DNA of 64,000 nucleotides. Source: Spirochaetia bacterium. GTDB lineage: Bacteria > Spirochaetota > Spirochaetia > SZUA-6 > Bin103. The stretch covers positions 1,120,001 through 1,184,000 of the forward strand of contig CBDAOI010000003.1 of NCBI GenBank assembly GCA_965198005.1, read 5' to 3'. Position 1 is the stretch's first letter. Every line of letters starts with the position of its first letter. Positions 46,751 through 57,288 of the stretch are shown piece by piece. A program made the position numbers and the translations under genes. Below the pieces are notes generated by a model. That model had not been told where the DNA came from. It ran no database searches and saw only the letters and a list, made by a program, of their open reading frames with translations.

Positions 46751-48013
46751 TCAGGCGGCCCCGGTCGGCCGCAGCACCGCCGCCCGCAGCGCCCGCCGCC
46801 GCGCTTCCCGTACCAGCGCCAATGGTTTGCAGTGCACCAGAAGCGGCGCGATCAGCGGGGCTGATCCGGCCAGCACGGCCGCGCCCTCCGGATCCAGCAG
46901 AGCTGCTGCCGAGGACAGCAGGGTGCGCCGGCTGTGGCCGCCGAGGTCGTCGTCGGGACGCAGCAGCGCGAGCTGGTGGCGGTCGGGCGCGGCTCCGTTG
47001 CCCCCCAGACCGACCTGGTGCCGGACGGTGAGCGCGTGCGCGGGAATCCCGACCCGGCGGAGATTGGCCGCGGTGGCGAGCAGTTGCAGGGCGTCGCGCC
47101 CCACCAGGGTCAAGCGGGGGCCGGCGCCGGCCGGCGCGCCGGACGTACACGCCAGCCACACCGGCAGGTGGCCCTGGCCCGGATTCCAGACCAGCATCGA
47201 CCGCACGACGGGGAGCGCGGCGCTGGCGCGCTGGATCACGGCCGCCGTGACCCGCGCCAAGTGGCTGGGGGTATCGAAGTCGCTCAGGCCATATACCGTC
47301 ACCAGGGGGTACGTCCGGCCGGCCAGCGTGAACTCCCCCTGGTGGCGGCGATAGGCGGCGAGCGGCGCTCGAGGCGTTCCGGCGGGCTGGCCGGTCGCGC
47401 GCGGCCGGGCCTGCAGCACCGCGTGGCCGCGGCTCCGGGTTTCATGCGTCAGGTCCGCCACCGCGGCCAGTTGGCGCCGCGTCTGGGCGGCCAGCGGCGA
47501 GACCACCACGACCGCGATCCGGCCACCGGCGGCGGTCACCGCCGCAGCCCGCGCCAGGAGGTGCGCCAGCACCGGGGTGCCGGCCTTCGCCGGCAGGTTG
47601 GCGACCACCAGATCGTAGCCGCCGGAATCACGCGTGCCGTCGAGATTGGCGACGTCCACCCCCCCGGCGGTGGTGCAGGAGACACCGTTGAGCGTGGCGT
47701 TGTGAGCGGTAACGGCCAACGCCAACGCATCCCGGTCACGGGCGGTCAGCGCCGCGCCGTAGCGGCGCGCCAGCGCCACTCCCAGTACGCCCGTCCCGCA
47801 GCCCAGATCCAGAATCGAGCGCAGGCGGCGCTGTTCCTCCGGCTGCCCGGCAAGTTGCTGCGCCAAGCTCTTGAGCAGCAGCCGCGAGCCGGTGTCCACC
47901 TCGTGGCTGCTGAACAGCGATTGCGACAGCCCGAATTGCAGGGTACGGCCGTCGAACTGAAACGCTACGGTCTTGTGGATGAGGGCAGCGACGTCATGAG
48001 GCGCGCTCGACAT
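46751..48013 (-). CDS. Class I SAM methyltransferase (RsmC/MTS-like)
   Basis: LFSSHEVDTGSRLLL, ILDLGCGTGVLG, YDLVVANLP. Confidence 0.85.
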   Translation of the reverse strand: MSSAPHDVAALIHKTVAFQFDGRTLQFGLSQSLFSSHEVDTGSRLLLKSLAQQLAGQPEEQRRLRSILDLGCGTGVLGVALARRYGAALTARDRDALALAVTAHNATLNGVSCTTAGGVDVANLDGTRDSGGYDLVVANLPAKAGTPVLAHLLARAAAVTAAGGRIAVVVVSPLAAQTRRQLAAVADLTHETRSRGHAVLQARPRATGQPAGTPRAPLAAYRRHQGEFTLAGRTYPLVTVYGLSDFDTPSHLARVTAAVIQRASAALPVVRSMLVWNPGQGHLPVWLACTSGAPAGAGPRLTLVGRDALQLLATAANLRRVGIPAHALTVRHQVGLGGNGAAPDRHQLALLRPDDDLGGHSRRTLLSSAAALLDPEGAAVLAGSAPLIAPLLVHCKPLALVREARRRALRAAVLRPTGAA

Positions 48014-48554
48014 ACTCGCCGGTTTCGGTGTTGACCACGATGCGGTCGCCGTCCTTGATGAACAGCGGCACCTTTACCTTGAGACCGGTCGCCGTGGTGG
48101 CGAGCTTGGTGGCGCCGGTTACGGAGTCGCCGCGTTCGGCGTGGGGCGCGTCGGTCAGCTCCAGCACCATCTTGATCGGAAGCCTGATGTCGAGCGGTTT
48201 CTCGTCCCACACCATCACCTGGTAGGTCTCGCCGTCCAACAGATAGCACCGCCGTTCGGCCAGCCCGGCCGCCGGCACCGTGAACTGTTCATAGGACTCG
48301 GTGTCCATGAATACGAAGTTCTCGCCATCGTCATACAGGTACTGCGCGGCAACGGTGTCGATCTCGACCTCTTCCACCAGTTCCTGGCTCTTGTTCACCT
48401 GCCGCACCACGAGGCCGGTCACCACGTGCTTGAGCTTGAGCCGCACGAATGCCGAACCCTTGCCGGGATTCACGAATTCCCGCTCCGTCACCAGATGCGG
48501 CGCGCCTTTCACCAGCAGGTGCATCCCCTTGTCCACTGCGCCAGCCTTGATCAT
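47994..48554 (-). CDS. efp: Elongation factor P
   Basis: NPGKGSAFVR, QYLY, FMDTESYEQ, VPLFI..GD. Confidence 0.97.
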   Translation of the reverse strand: MIKAGAVDKGMHLLVKGAPHLVTEREFVNPGKGSAFVRLKLKHVVTGLVVRQVNKSQELVEEVEIDTVAAQYLYDDGENFVFMDTESYEQFTVPAAGLAERRCYLLDGETYQVMVWDEKPLDIRLPIKMVLELTDAPHAERGDSVTGATKLATTATGLKVKVPLFIKDGDRIVVNTETGEYVERAS

Positions 48555-48595
48555 CGCCGCGCTTACCATAGCAAAAAGCGAGCAAAAAGCGGAGG

Positions 48596-49573
48596 TCAGA
48601 ATAAATCGGCGCAGGCCATCAGCGGCACGATGGACGGCAGCCCCAGCAGCGCCGCGTACAGGCGGTCTACGCCGACTGCCACGCCGGCGCACGCGTTTAC
48701 CCGACCGAACCGGTCAGCCAGATCCGGGTCGGTGCGGGGCATGACCGCGGCCGCCGCCTGGCGCCGCGCCTCGGCCGCGAACAGCGTCCGCAGCGTCGCC
48801 GCGCAGGTCTCCTCCTGGAAACAGTTCGCCACCTCCACTCCGCCGAGATACAGCTCCCAGCGCCGGGCGTGAACTCCGTCCGCGGCGGTGGCGGCCAGGG
48901 TCGGGATGCGGGCCGGGTAGTGCAGGATCGCGGTCGGCGAGTCCGCCCCGATGGACGGCTCGACGCGCGCCAGGAAGATGCGATGAAACAGCTCCTCCCA
49001 GGTGTCCTCCACCGCGGCGGGGATCTGCAGCCGCCGCGCCACGGTCCGCAGTTGCGCGGCCGAGGCCCCCGCAGGGTCGAGACCGACCGCGTCGCGCCAG
49101 AGCGCCCCCATCTCCCGCCGCCGCACCGGCGGACGGGTAGCGGCGGCCGGCGGCCTCCATTGCGCCAGCTCCGTGCGCAGCGCCGCCAGCAGCTCTGCCG
49201 TGCGCCCGAGTGCGTCGAGGTAACTCTCGTCCGTGGCGTACCACTCGAGCATGGTGAACTCGTGGCGGTGAAGCGGCCCCACCTCCTCGACGTTGCGAAA
49301 GCAGCGTGCGAGCTGGTATACGCGCCCCATCCCCGCCGCCACCAGCCGCTTCATCCACAGTTCGGGCGACGGCGTCAGGTACAGGGGGCGGCAACGGCCG
49401 CTTTGCCACCGCTGGTCGGTGGCGAATACCCCGATCGAGGGCTCCGGGATCAGCCACGGGGCCAGCAGCGGCGTTTCCACCTCCACGAACCCGGCGGCGT
49501 CGAAGAAGCTGCGCAGGCGCCGGTTGAGCCGCGCGCGCAGGCGCAACAACTCGCCCGCCGCCGCCGGCGTCAC
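48596..49573 (-). CDS. epmA: EF-P beta-lysyl ligase (GenX/PoxA)
   Basis: EVETPLL, YLTPSPELWMKRL, FRN.E, EFTMLEWY, RWELY..GVEVAN; adjacent to efp. Confidence 0.92.
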   Translation of the reverse strand: MTPAAAGELLRLRARLNRRLRSFFDAAGFVEVETPLLAPWLIPEPSIGVFATDQRWQSGRCRPLYLTPSPELWMKRLVAAGMGRVYQLARCFRNVEEVGPLHRHEFTMLEWYATDESYLDALGRTAELLAALRTELAQWRPPAAATRPPVRRREMGALWRDAVGLDPAGASAAQLRTVARRLQIPAAVEDTWEELFHRIFLARVEPSIGADSPTAILHYPARIPTLAATAADGVHARRWELYLGGVEVANCFQEETCAATLRTLFAAEARRQAAAAVMPRTDPDLADRFGRVNACAGVAVGVDRLYAALLGLPSIVPLMACADLF

Positions 49574-49595
49574 GGACCCTGACTCCTAGGCGCCC

Positions 49596-50426
49596 CTAAT
49601 GCATGAAAGCGCCGCCGGCCACGGGCACCGCCAGCCCGGTGAGATAGGCGCCTTCGGAGGCGACCAGATGGGCGGTGGTCCGCGCCACGTCTTCCGGCTC
49701 GACCACCCGTCCCAGGGGCGTTTGCCGGGCGACCCCCTCCAGCATGCGCGCCAAGTGGTCGTCCACCGACACCTCCGGCGGATGCACGGCGGCGGCGATG
49801 TCCCGGACCCGCTCCGTGTTGGTCAATCCCGGGCACACCGCGTTCACGGTGATGCCGTGCTCCCCCAGCTCGTGCGCCAGCGCCTGCGTGAAGCCGATCA
49901 GTCCCCACTTGGAGGCGCCGTAGGCGGCGAACCGGGCCGGCGTGCGCAACCCGGCGACCGAGGAGATGTTGACGATGCTGCCACCCGCGCCGCGCTCGAT
50001 CATCGCCCGCGCCACGGCCCGGCTCACCAGGAAGGTGCCGGTCAGGTTGATCTTGAGAATGTGGTCGAACGCCGCCTGTTCGAGGTCCACTACGGGGGTC
50101 CGGTCGTTCCCCGGCAGGGCCGCCGCATTGTTGATCAGGATGTCGATTCCGCCGAACTGCTCGAGGGTGCGGTCGACCATGTCCTGCACCTGGTCCGGGT
50201 CCGAGATGTCGGCGACCACCGCCAGCGCTCTGCGGCCCAGCGCCTCGATCTCCCTGACCACCGCGGGCAGGCCGTCGTAGCCCGTCGTTCCCGCGCGCTG
50301 CAGGCCGACGTCGTTGACCGCCACGTCGGCGCCGTCCTGTGCCAGCCGCAGCGCGGTCGCGCGCCCGATACCCCGTTCCCCACTTGCGCCCGTAACCAGC
50401 GCAACTTTTCCACTGAAGTCGTACAT
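49596..50426 (-). CDS. SDR-family oxidoreductase
   Basis: VTGAS..RGIG, NNA, YGASK, NAVCPG. Confidence 0.95.
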   Translation of the reverse strand: MYDFSGKVALVTGASGERGIGRATALRLAQDGADVAVNDVGLQRAGTTGYDGLPAVVREIEALGRRALAVVADISDPDQVQDMVDRTLEQFGGIDILINNAAALPGNDRTPVVDLEQAAFDHILKINLTGTFLVSRAVARAMIERGAGGSIVNISSVAGLRTPARFAAYGASKWGLIGFTQALAHELGEHGITVNAVCPGLTNTERVRDIAAAVHPPEVSVDDHLARMLEGVARQTPLGRVVEPEDVARTTAHLVASEGAYLTGLAVPVAGGAFMH

Positions 50427-50587
50427 GTGGGCCAACGATAACCCGGATCTGCCGAAACTTGAAAGGGGCGCCGTCTGCGGGGCCTGCGGGCGTTGCGGGG
50501 GCGCGCCTGCTATACTCTGCACCGAACGCAATCGGAACGCACAATCGGAACGCAATCGCACCAGGCGGCGCAGGAGGGTAATTCGAC

Positions 50588-51067
50588 ATGGGATTCGCAC
50601 TATCGGACATGCAGCTTACGAGTTCGGCGTTCGCGACCGGGGGCGCCATCCCGGCCCGGCACACCGGTGAGGGCGAGGACGTCTCGCCGGCCCTGGCCTG
50701 GAGCGGCGCGCCGGCGGCCGCGCGCTCGTTCGCCGTCATCTGTCACGACCCGGACGCGCCGCTGGTGACGCCGGGCCGGTACGGATTCGTGCATTGGGTG
50801 CTGTACGACATTCCCGGCACGGTGCGCGAGCTGGCGGAGGGCACCGGCGAGCACACCGCGGGCACCAACGACTTCGGCGCGGCGGGCTACGGCGGCCCGA
50901 TGCCGCCGCCCGGACATGGCACCCATCACTATTTCTTCTGGGTGCTGGCGCTCGATCGGGAGTTGGATCCGGCACCGGGTTTCAGTCTGTGGGAGCTGCT
51001 GGAGCGGGTGGAGCCGCACGTGATCGCCATGAACCGTCTGGTCGGCCGCTACCGTCGCGCGGCCTGA
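50588..51067 (+). CDS. YbhB/YbcL (PEBP) family protein
   Basis: DVSPALAW, HDPDAP, VHWVLY, GYGGP.PP.GHG.HHY.F. Confidence 0.93.
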   Translation: MGFALSDMQLTSSAFATGGAIPARHTGEGEDVSPALAWSGAPAAARSFAVICHDPDAPLVTPGRYGFVHWVLYDIPGTVRELAEGTGEHTAGTNDFGAAGYGGPMPPPGHGTHHYFFWVLALDRELDPAPGFSLWELLERVEPHVIAMNRLVGRYRRAA

Positions 51068-51175
51068 CTGATCCGGGCGCAGAGCCGGCCGTGGGGGGTA
51101 GGCACACCGCCGGCGGGTATACTATGATGCGCGGCACATGCTTACACGCAACGGAAAACAGGAGTCCAATACCCT

Positions 51176-52855
51176 ATGCCGACCATGACGGGCGCCCGCA
51201 TGATGGCGGAACTGGCCCACGGGCACGGGATTACCCACGTGTTCTTCGTTCCCTACTTCGCACCGCGCGGCTTGATGGAGATGGAGTCGCTCGGGATCAA
51301 GCGGATTCAGACCCACGGCGAGAAGGCCGCCGCCTACATGGCGGACGGGTATGCACGGGTCGCGCAGCATCCCGGTCTGTGCATGGCCCAGGCGGTGGGT
51401 GCGGCGAACCTGGCCGCGGGGCTGCAGGATGCCTACCTGGCCTGCTCGCCGGTGGTGGCGTTGACCGGACGGGAAGCGCAGCGCCACCAGCAACGGCACG
51501 CGTATCAGGAAGTGGACCACGTAAAGCCGTTCTCGGCGGTCACCAAGAACACCGCCTACGTCAACACTCCGGAGCTCCTGCCCACCTACCTGCGGCAGGC
51601 GTTCCGCATGGCGGTTTCGGGCACGCCGGGCCCCACCCACCTCGAATTCGAAGGTATCGACGGGGGGTCGGTGGCGAACCGGGAAGCCGACGTCGAGTTG
51701 GGCATCGAGCCGACCTTCGCGCAGGTGCCGCCGTTCCGGCCCGAGGCGGATGAGGAATCGATCGCGCGCGCGCTCGCGCGTCTCGCCCAGGCCGAACGGC
51801 CGGTCATTGTTGCCGGCGGCGGCGTTACCGCCTCCGGGGCGCGCGCCGAGCTGGTGGCGCTGGCGGAGAAACTCTCCATTCCCGTGGCCACGTCGCTCAA
51901 CGCCAAGGCGATGTTCCCGTCCGACCATCCGCTGGCGGTCGGGGTTCCCGGCGCCTACTCGCGCGCCTGCTCGAGTAGGATCGTGCACGAGGCCGATCTG
52001 GTGTTCTTCATCGGCAGCCACGCCGGGGGGCAGGTCACCTTGTACTACAACATCCCCGCGCAGGGCACTCCGGTCATCCAACTGGATATCAATCCGCACG
52101 AGGTGGGCCGCAACTACGCGATCGAGGTGGGGCTGCAAGGCGACGTCCGAAGTTCGTTGCGGCGCATGCTGGCCCATCCGGCCGCGGCCGGATGGGCGTC
52201 GCGCGCCGGTTGGATCGGCCGCGTGCAGCAGCTCGTCGCCGACTGGAAGGAAAGCGTGCGGCCGGAGGCGGAATCGGACATCGTGCCGATGCGGCCGGAA
52301 CGTTTGTGTTGGGAGTTGACGAACTGCCTGCCTTCTGATTCGATACTGGTGTCCGACACGGGTCATTCCGGGGTGTGGACCGGGACGATGATCGATCTCA
52401 AGCACCCCGACCAGTCGTACGTCCGGTGCGCCGGATCGCTGGGATGGGGCGTGCCGGGTGCCATGGGCGCCAAGTGCGCGGCTCCGGATCGGCCGGTGGT
52501 GCTGTTTACCGGCGACGGCGGAATCTGGTATCATTTGGCGGAGTTCGACACGGCGGTGAAGAACGGGATAAATACGGTTACCGTGGTCAACAACAACCAT
52601 TCGCTGAACCAGGAGAGGGGGGGCGTGGAGAGCATCTACGGCGGTCAGACTCCGGGCTCGGACGAGTTGTGGCTGTTCCCTGACGCGGATTTTGTTAAGA
52701 TAGCCGAGTCGATGGGTTGTTTCGGGATCACCGTGCACGAGCCGAGTGAGTTTTCCGGCGCCCTCGACCAGGCGCTCACTGCCGGCAGGCCGGCAGTGGT
52801 AGACGTAAAGACCCACCTCGACGGCATTGCGCCGCGAGCGTGGACGCCTGCGTGA
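51176..52855 (+). CDS. Thiamine-diphosphate enzyme (acetolactate synthase large-subunit-like)
   Basis: E..AAYMADGYAR, GSLGWGVP, GDGG...NN TPP motif. Confidence 0.93.
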   Translation: MPTMTGARMMAELAHGHGITHVFFVPYFAPRGLMEMESLGIKRIQTHGEKAAAYMADGYARVAQHPGLCMAQAVGAANLAAGLQDAYLACSPVVALTGREAQRHQQRHAYQEVDHVKPFSAVTKNTAYVNTPELLPTYLRQAFRMAVSGTPGPTHLEFEGIDGGSVANREADVELGIEPTFAQVPPFRPEADEESIARALARLAQAERPVIVAGGGVTASGARAELVALAEKLSIPVATSLNAKAMFPSDHPLAVGVPGAYSRACSSRIVHEADLVFFIGSHAGGQVTLYYNIPAQGTPVIQLDINPHEVGRNYAIEVGLQGDVRSSLRRMLAHPAAAGWASRAGWIGRVQQLVADWKESVRPEAESDIVPMRPERLCWELTNCLPSDSILVSDTGHSGVWTGTMIDLKHPDQSYVRCAGSLGWGVPGAMGAKCAAPDRPVVLFTGDGGIWYHLAEFDTAVKNGINTVTVVNNNHSLNQERGGVESIYGGQTPGSDELWLFPDADFVKIAESMGCFGITVHEPSEFSGALDQALTAGRPAVVDVKTHLDGIAPRAWTPA

Positions 52856-52900
52856 CCCCGCGGCAAGGCGCGCGAGGCAGCACGCGACAGGAGGCCGATA

Positions 52901-53923
52901 GTGAGTACGAATGAAGGCGAGATCGTCCTTGACGTAAAGGGGCTCAAGACCCACTTCTTCACCGACGAGGGTGTGGTCAAGGCGGTGGACGGACTGTCGT
53001 ACAACGTCAAGAAGGGCGAGTTCGTCGGATTGGTGGGCGAGAGCGGCTGCGGCAAGAGCGTCAGCGCCATGTCGATCCTGCGGCTCATCCCCTATCCGCC
53101 TGGGATCATCGTCGACGGCGAGATCAAATTCAAAGGCGAGGATCTGCTCCAAGCCACGGAAGCGCGGATGCGCGAAATCCGCGGCAACCGGATCGCGATG
53201 GTGTTCCAGGAGCCCACTACCTCGCTCAACCCGGTGCTGACCGTGGGCCGGCAGATTTCCGAGTCGCTGGAGTTGCACCGCGAAATGGCCAAGAAGGCGG
53301 CGCTGGCGGAAAGCGTCAAGCTGCTGGAGTTGGTCGGCATCCCCGACCCGGACCGGCGGATCAAGGACTACCCGTATCAGTTCAGCGGCGGCATGCAGCA
53401 GCGGATCATGATCGCGATCGCGCTGAGCTGCGACCCCGAGGTGCTGATCGCGGACGAGCCGACCACGTCGCTCGACGTAACCGTGCAGGCACAGCTCCTG
53501 GAGATCATCGCCAACCTGCAGCAACAGCTCGAAATGGCGGTCGTCATCATCACCCACAACCTGGGTCTGGTGGCGCGCTACGTGGACCGGGTAAACGTGA
53601 TGTACGCCGGCAAGCTGGTGGAGGCGGGAACCACCGAGATGATCTTCGGCGAGCCGAAACATCCCTACACGATCGGTCTGCTGGCGTCGGTCCCGCGCCT
53701 GGACAGCCCGCGCCGGGTGGTGCCGCGGGTCATCGAAGGGCTGCCGCCGAACTTGGCGCATCTGCCCAAGGGATGCTCGTTCGCCCCACGTTGCAACTAC
53801 GCGATGGATCAGTGCCGGGAAGAGGAACCGCAACTGGAAACCGTGGTGACCGGCCACTACCGTTCCTGTTTCTACGACGCGAACGAGCTCAAACGCCCGC
53901 AACTGATAGCGGAGGAGGCGTAA
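52901..53923 (+). CDS. Oligopeptide/dipeptide ABC ATPase (OppD-like)
   Basis: GESGCGKS, FSGGMQQR, HPYT, C.F.PRC. Confidence 0.95.
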   Translation: MSTNEGEIVLDVKGLKTHFFTDEGVVKAVDGLSYNVKKGEFVGLVGESGCGKSVSAMSILRLIPYPPGIIVDGEIKFKGEDLLQATEARMREIRGNRIAMVFQEPTTSLNPVLTVGRQISESLELHREMAKKAALAESVKLLELVGIPDPDRRIKDYPYQFSGGMQQRIMIAIALSCDPEVLIADEPTTSLDVTVQAQLLEIIANLQQQLEMAVVIITHNLGLVARYVDRVNVMYAGKLVEAGTTEMIFGEPKHPYTIGLLASVPRLDSPRRVVPRVIEGLPPNLAHLPKGCSFAPRCNYAMDQCREEEPQLETVVTGHYRSCFYDANELKRPQLIAEEA

Positions 53924-53924
53924 G

Positions 53925-54917
53925 ATGGAAAACGGCCACTTGGTCGATGTTGAAGGACTGGTCAAGTACTACCCGGTAACCGCCGGGGTACTGCGCAAGA
54001 AGGTCGGCGACGTCAAGGCCGTCGACGGCGTCAGTTTCCACATCCGGCGCGGCGAGACGCTGGGACTGGTCGGTGAGAGCGGCTGTGGCAAGACCACCAC
54101 CGGGCGCTGCATCCTGCAGCTCCAGGACGTAACCGCCGGCAAGGTGATGTTCGACGGCAAGGATCTGGTGCAGACCAAGGGCGAAGAGCTGCGCCGCATG
54201 CGGCGGCATATGCAGCTCATCTTCCAGGATCCGTTCGCCTCGCTGGACCCGCGCATGACCGCGGGCAACATCGTGGGCGAGCCGCTGCTGGTGCACAAGA
54301 TCGCCCGCGGCAAGGAATATCGCCGCATGATCAGCGACCTGCTGCGGATGGTGGAACTGGAGCCGACGGTGGGCAATCGCTACCCGCACGAGTTCAGCGG
54401 CGGCCAGCGCCAGCGGCTCGGCATCGCGCGCGCACTGGCGGTGCGGCCGGCGTTCATCGTCTGTGACGAGCCGGTGTCCGCCCTCGACGTGTCGATTCAG
54501 GCGCAGATCATCACCCTGCTGATGCGGTTGCGCGAGGAGCTGAACCTGACCTACCTGTTCATCGCCCACGATCTCGCGGTGGTGCGGAACATCAGCGACC
54601 GGGTGGCGGTGATGTATCTGGGCAAGGTCATGGAGGTGACGACCAGCGATCAGCTCTACGACAACCCGCTGCATCCCTACACGATCTCACTGCTGTCGGC
54701 GGTGCCGATTCCGGACCCCGTGATCGACCGCACGCGCGAACGCATCATCCTGAAGGGTGACGTGCCGAGCCCGATGAATCCGCCGAGCGGCTGCCCGTTC
54801 CACACCCGTTGCCCACAGGCGGAGGCGATCTGCAAGGTGGAAACGCCGCAGCTCAAGCTGGTCGGCAACAATCACTGGGCGGCATGTCACTTGGTGGAGG
54901 CCGCAGAGTCTGCCTAG
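53925..54917 (+). CDS. Oligopeptide/dipeptide ABC ATPase (OppF-like)
   Basis: GESGCGKT, FSGGQRQR, PSGCPFHTRC. Confidence 0.95.
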   Translation: MENGHLVDVEGLVKYYPVTAGVLRKKVGDVKAVDGVSFHIRRGETLGLVGESGCGKTTTGRCILQLQDVTAGKVMFDGKDLVQTKGEELRRMRRHMQLIFQDPFASLDPRMTAGNIVGEPLLVHKIARGKEYRRMISDLLRMVELEPTVGNRYPHEFSGGQRQRLGIARALAVRPAFIVCDEPVSALDVSIQAQIITLLMRLREELNLTYLFIAHDLAVVRNISDRVAVMYLGKVMEVTTSDQLYDNPLHPYTISLLSAVPIPDPVIDRTRERIILKGDVPSPMNPPSGCPFHTRCPQAEAICKVETPQLKLVGNNHWAACHLVEAAESA

Positions 54918-54955
54918 CAGGTATCGAATCAGCCAGGGACAATAGCGAAAGTACA

Positions 54956-56131
54956 GTGAGCGACTCGGACAACAAAGGTAAGGCGCCCGCGGCGGGCGCC
55001 GGGCAGAAGCCCAGGAAGCAGGGTACGGCGGTGCGCCGGGCGGGAGCCGGCAGCAGCGCGGGGGGCGGCAAGCGGCCCGCCGGCGGCCGGAGACCGGCCG
55101 GACGCAAGGGAGCGCGGCAACCGCCCCCATCGACCACCGCCACCGTCGTGCGTGCGCTCAGCGTCGTGCTGACCGTGCTGGTGGTGGTAGGCGGCGTGGC
55201 CGGGATCGCGATCTACCAGAACAACGTGGCGCCGTTTCAGACGGCGGTGCTCAAGGTGGACGACGCCGAGCTCAAGATGGGCTATTTCCTCAAGCGGGTG
55301 CGGCTGTCGGGGCAGGAGCCGCTGACCGTGCTGCAGGAGCTCACGCGCGAGATGATCATCGACTTGGTAGCGCCCAACCCGCCGTACGACATCGTCCTCA
55401 CGGACGAGGACGTGGACCAGTTCGCGCGCGAGCTGGCGAGCGCCGGCGGGGCGCCGATCAACGATCTCGAGTTCAGGGAGTGGTACCGCCAGCAGGTCAA
55501 CGACAGCGGCCTCGACGACGACGAGTTCAGGGACCTGCTGCGGCGCAATCTTCTGAGCTTGCGGATGGGGGAGTACCTGGGCGACCGGATGCCCACGGTG
55601 GTCGAGCAGGTCCATCTTCACATGATCGCGTTCGGCTCCTACGAGGACGCCCTCGAGATCAAGGAGCGGCTCGACGCCGGTGAGGACTTCCACGAGCTGG
55701 CGCGCGAGCACAACCAAGTCCCGGACCTCAAGCAGTCCGGCGGCGATCTCGGCTGGCTGCCGCGCGCCGCGCTGCTGCCCAACATCGCCGGCGTCGCGTT
55801 CGACCAGTTGGCGGTGGGCGAGGCGAGCCAGCCGCTGGCTCTGAGCCAGGCTTCGAGCCAGAATCAGGCGTTCGCGGTGATCCTGGTGTCGGAGCGGGCG
55901 GATGCGCGCCAAGTCGAGGGTGACGCGCTGGCGGCGGTACGGGCGAGCGCGCTGCCGCAGTGGTTCAGCCAGGAGTACCAGTACCACACGGTGGAGTTCC
56001 ACGGCTTCAACAACGGCTACGACTCCGAGACCGACGCATGGGTGCGCTGGCAGCTTGCACGCATGTCCCGCCACGACCAGCCGCGCGAACCCCAGGGCCA
56101 AGGCCAAGGCGCTCAGGCCGCCGGTCCGTAG
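54956..56131 (+). CDS. Membrane-anchored parvulin-type peptidyl-prolyl isomerase (SurA/PrsA-like)
   Basis: One TM helix, GEDFHELARE, GGDLGW. Confidence 0.85.
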   Translation: MSDSDNKGKAPAAGAGQKPRKQGTAVRRAGAGSSAGGGKRPAGGRRPAGRKGARQPPPSTTATVVRALSVVLTVLVVVGGVAGIAIYQNNVAPFQTAVLKVDDAELKMGYFLKRVRLSGQEPLTVLQELTREMIIDLVAPNPPYDIVLTDEDVDQFARELASAGGAPINDLEFREWYRQQVNDSGLDDDEFRDLLRRNLLSLRMGEYLGDRMPTVVEQVHLHMIAFGSYEDALEIKERLDAGEDFHELAREHNQVPDLKQSGGDLGWLPRAALLPNIAGVAFDQLAVGEASQPLALSQASSQNQAFAVILVSERADARQVEGDALAAVRASALPQWFSQEYQYHTVEFHGFNNGYDSETDAWVRWQLARMSRHDQPREPQGQGQGAQAAGP

Positions 56132-56150
56132 CTCCATAGCCGAGGCGCTA

Positions 56151-56666
56151 TCAGATCTGGCTGCCTTCCTCTTCTTCTTCCTCGAGGCCGTCGTCGAAGG
56201 GGATGTTGCAGAAGTCGGCGAGGCGGGTGCCCGAGGCTCTGATTTCCTTGATCGACGACCCCTTGACCATGTCCAGGCCGTGCACGGTGCCGTTGCCGTC
56301 GACCACCGACAGGATCGCGGTTCTGCGCGAAATCGCCTTCATCATCTTGGGGCGGTCGCTGTAGCTGAGCCCCGCCTCGCGCAGCAAAACCTTGTCCAGG
56401 TTGTCGAGCGGCTGGCGCTTGCGGGTATAGAGCACCAGGATTCCGACGTTCTTTTCGAACACGTTCTTGTTCTTGTCGAACACCCAGCGCTCGAGGAACA
56501 GCGCGCCGAACAGGCACGCGCCGATGATGATGATGATGATCACGCTGGGCTGGCGCACCGCCGCCGCCAGAAACACCGCGATCACCGCGAACACGATGCG
56601 AAAGCTGACCGAGGTCGAGTAGACCAGACGGTCCGCGCTCACTTCCTTCAGAACCGGATTGAACAC
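56151..56666 (-). CDS. Hypothetical membrane protein
   Basis: GAGGA RBS, GTG 56666, two TM helices plus soluble C-terminus. Confidence 0.7.
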   Translation of the reverse strand: MFNPVLKEVSADRLVYSTSVSFRIVFAVIAVFLAAAVRQPSVIIIIIIGACLFGALFLERWVFDKNKNVFEKNVGILVLYTRKRQPLDNLDKVLLREAGLSYSDRPKMMKAISRRTAILSVVDGNGTVHGLDMVKGSSIKEIRASGTRLADFCNIPFDDGLEEEEEEGSQI

Positions 56667-56671
56667 GCCGG

Positions 56672-57277
56672 TTATTCCTCCTTGGTCTCGTCGGGGGGGT
56701 AGGGGGGATCCAGCACCAGGCGGGCTATGACCCCGAACCAAGTATAGTCGACCGTGTACACGTCGACCGACTCCAACAGCTTGATATAGTATGCCTGACG
56801 GTCCGGCGTGGCGTCGCCGAGGATGATGTTGATCAGCTCGCCGGTGTCGAGCGTCAACTCGATCTCCACCCTGGGATCGGTCAACCCGAAGATCTCGAGC
56901 TGCTCGTCGGTGGCGTCCTCGGCGATCAGCCGGTTGGCGCCGGGGCCGCTCAGCAGCAGGGGGATGCCGCCGCCCCACCGTTCCATGTTCACCTTGGGGC
57001 CGTCGGGCTGGTCGAAGTACCAGTACCGGTCCTCGTGCTTGACCCAGGCCTCTTCCATCTCGAGCGGCGGCAGCCGGATCTCCATCCGCGCCAGTTCGTC
57101 CATCTCCACGTACCACACGAACGGCCGCGGCTCCTCGCGCGGCGGCGGTTCCGGCTTGCTTACCTCGCGGTAGATCGGATACAGCACCGCCACCAGCACG
57201 ACCAGGATCAGCATGGCGCGGAGTTTGGCGTCGGTCACCAGTTTCAGTGGCAGGGCCAGCAGCTTGCGCAGTTCCAT
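56672..57277 (-). CDS. DUF4340-like accessory protein of the Gld-type transporter
   Basis: N-terminal TM, L..FGL.DP, ILGD.TPD...YY, VYTV. Confidence 0.75.
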   Translation of the reverse strand: MELRKLLALPLKLVTDAKLRAMLILVVLVAVLYPIYREVSKPEPPPREEPRPFVWYVEMDELARMEIRLPPLEMEEAWVKHEDRYWYFDQPDGPKVNMERWGGGIPLLLSGPGANRLIAEDATDEQLEIFGLTDPRVEIELTLDTGELINIILGDATPDRQAYYIKLLESVDVYTVDYTWFGVIARLVLDPPYPPDETKEE

Positions 57278-57288
57278 CGTCCCGTCCC

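Noticed and set aside
47994-49573. efp-epmA without epmB as an anomaly
   Set aside because: epmB may lie outside the window; not informative
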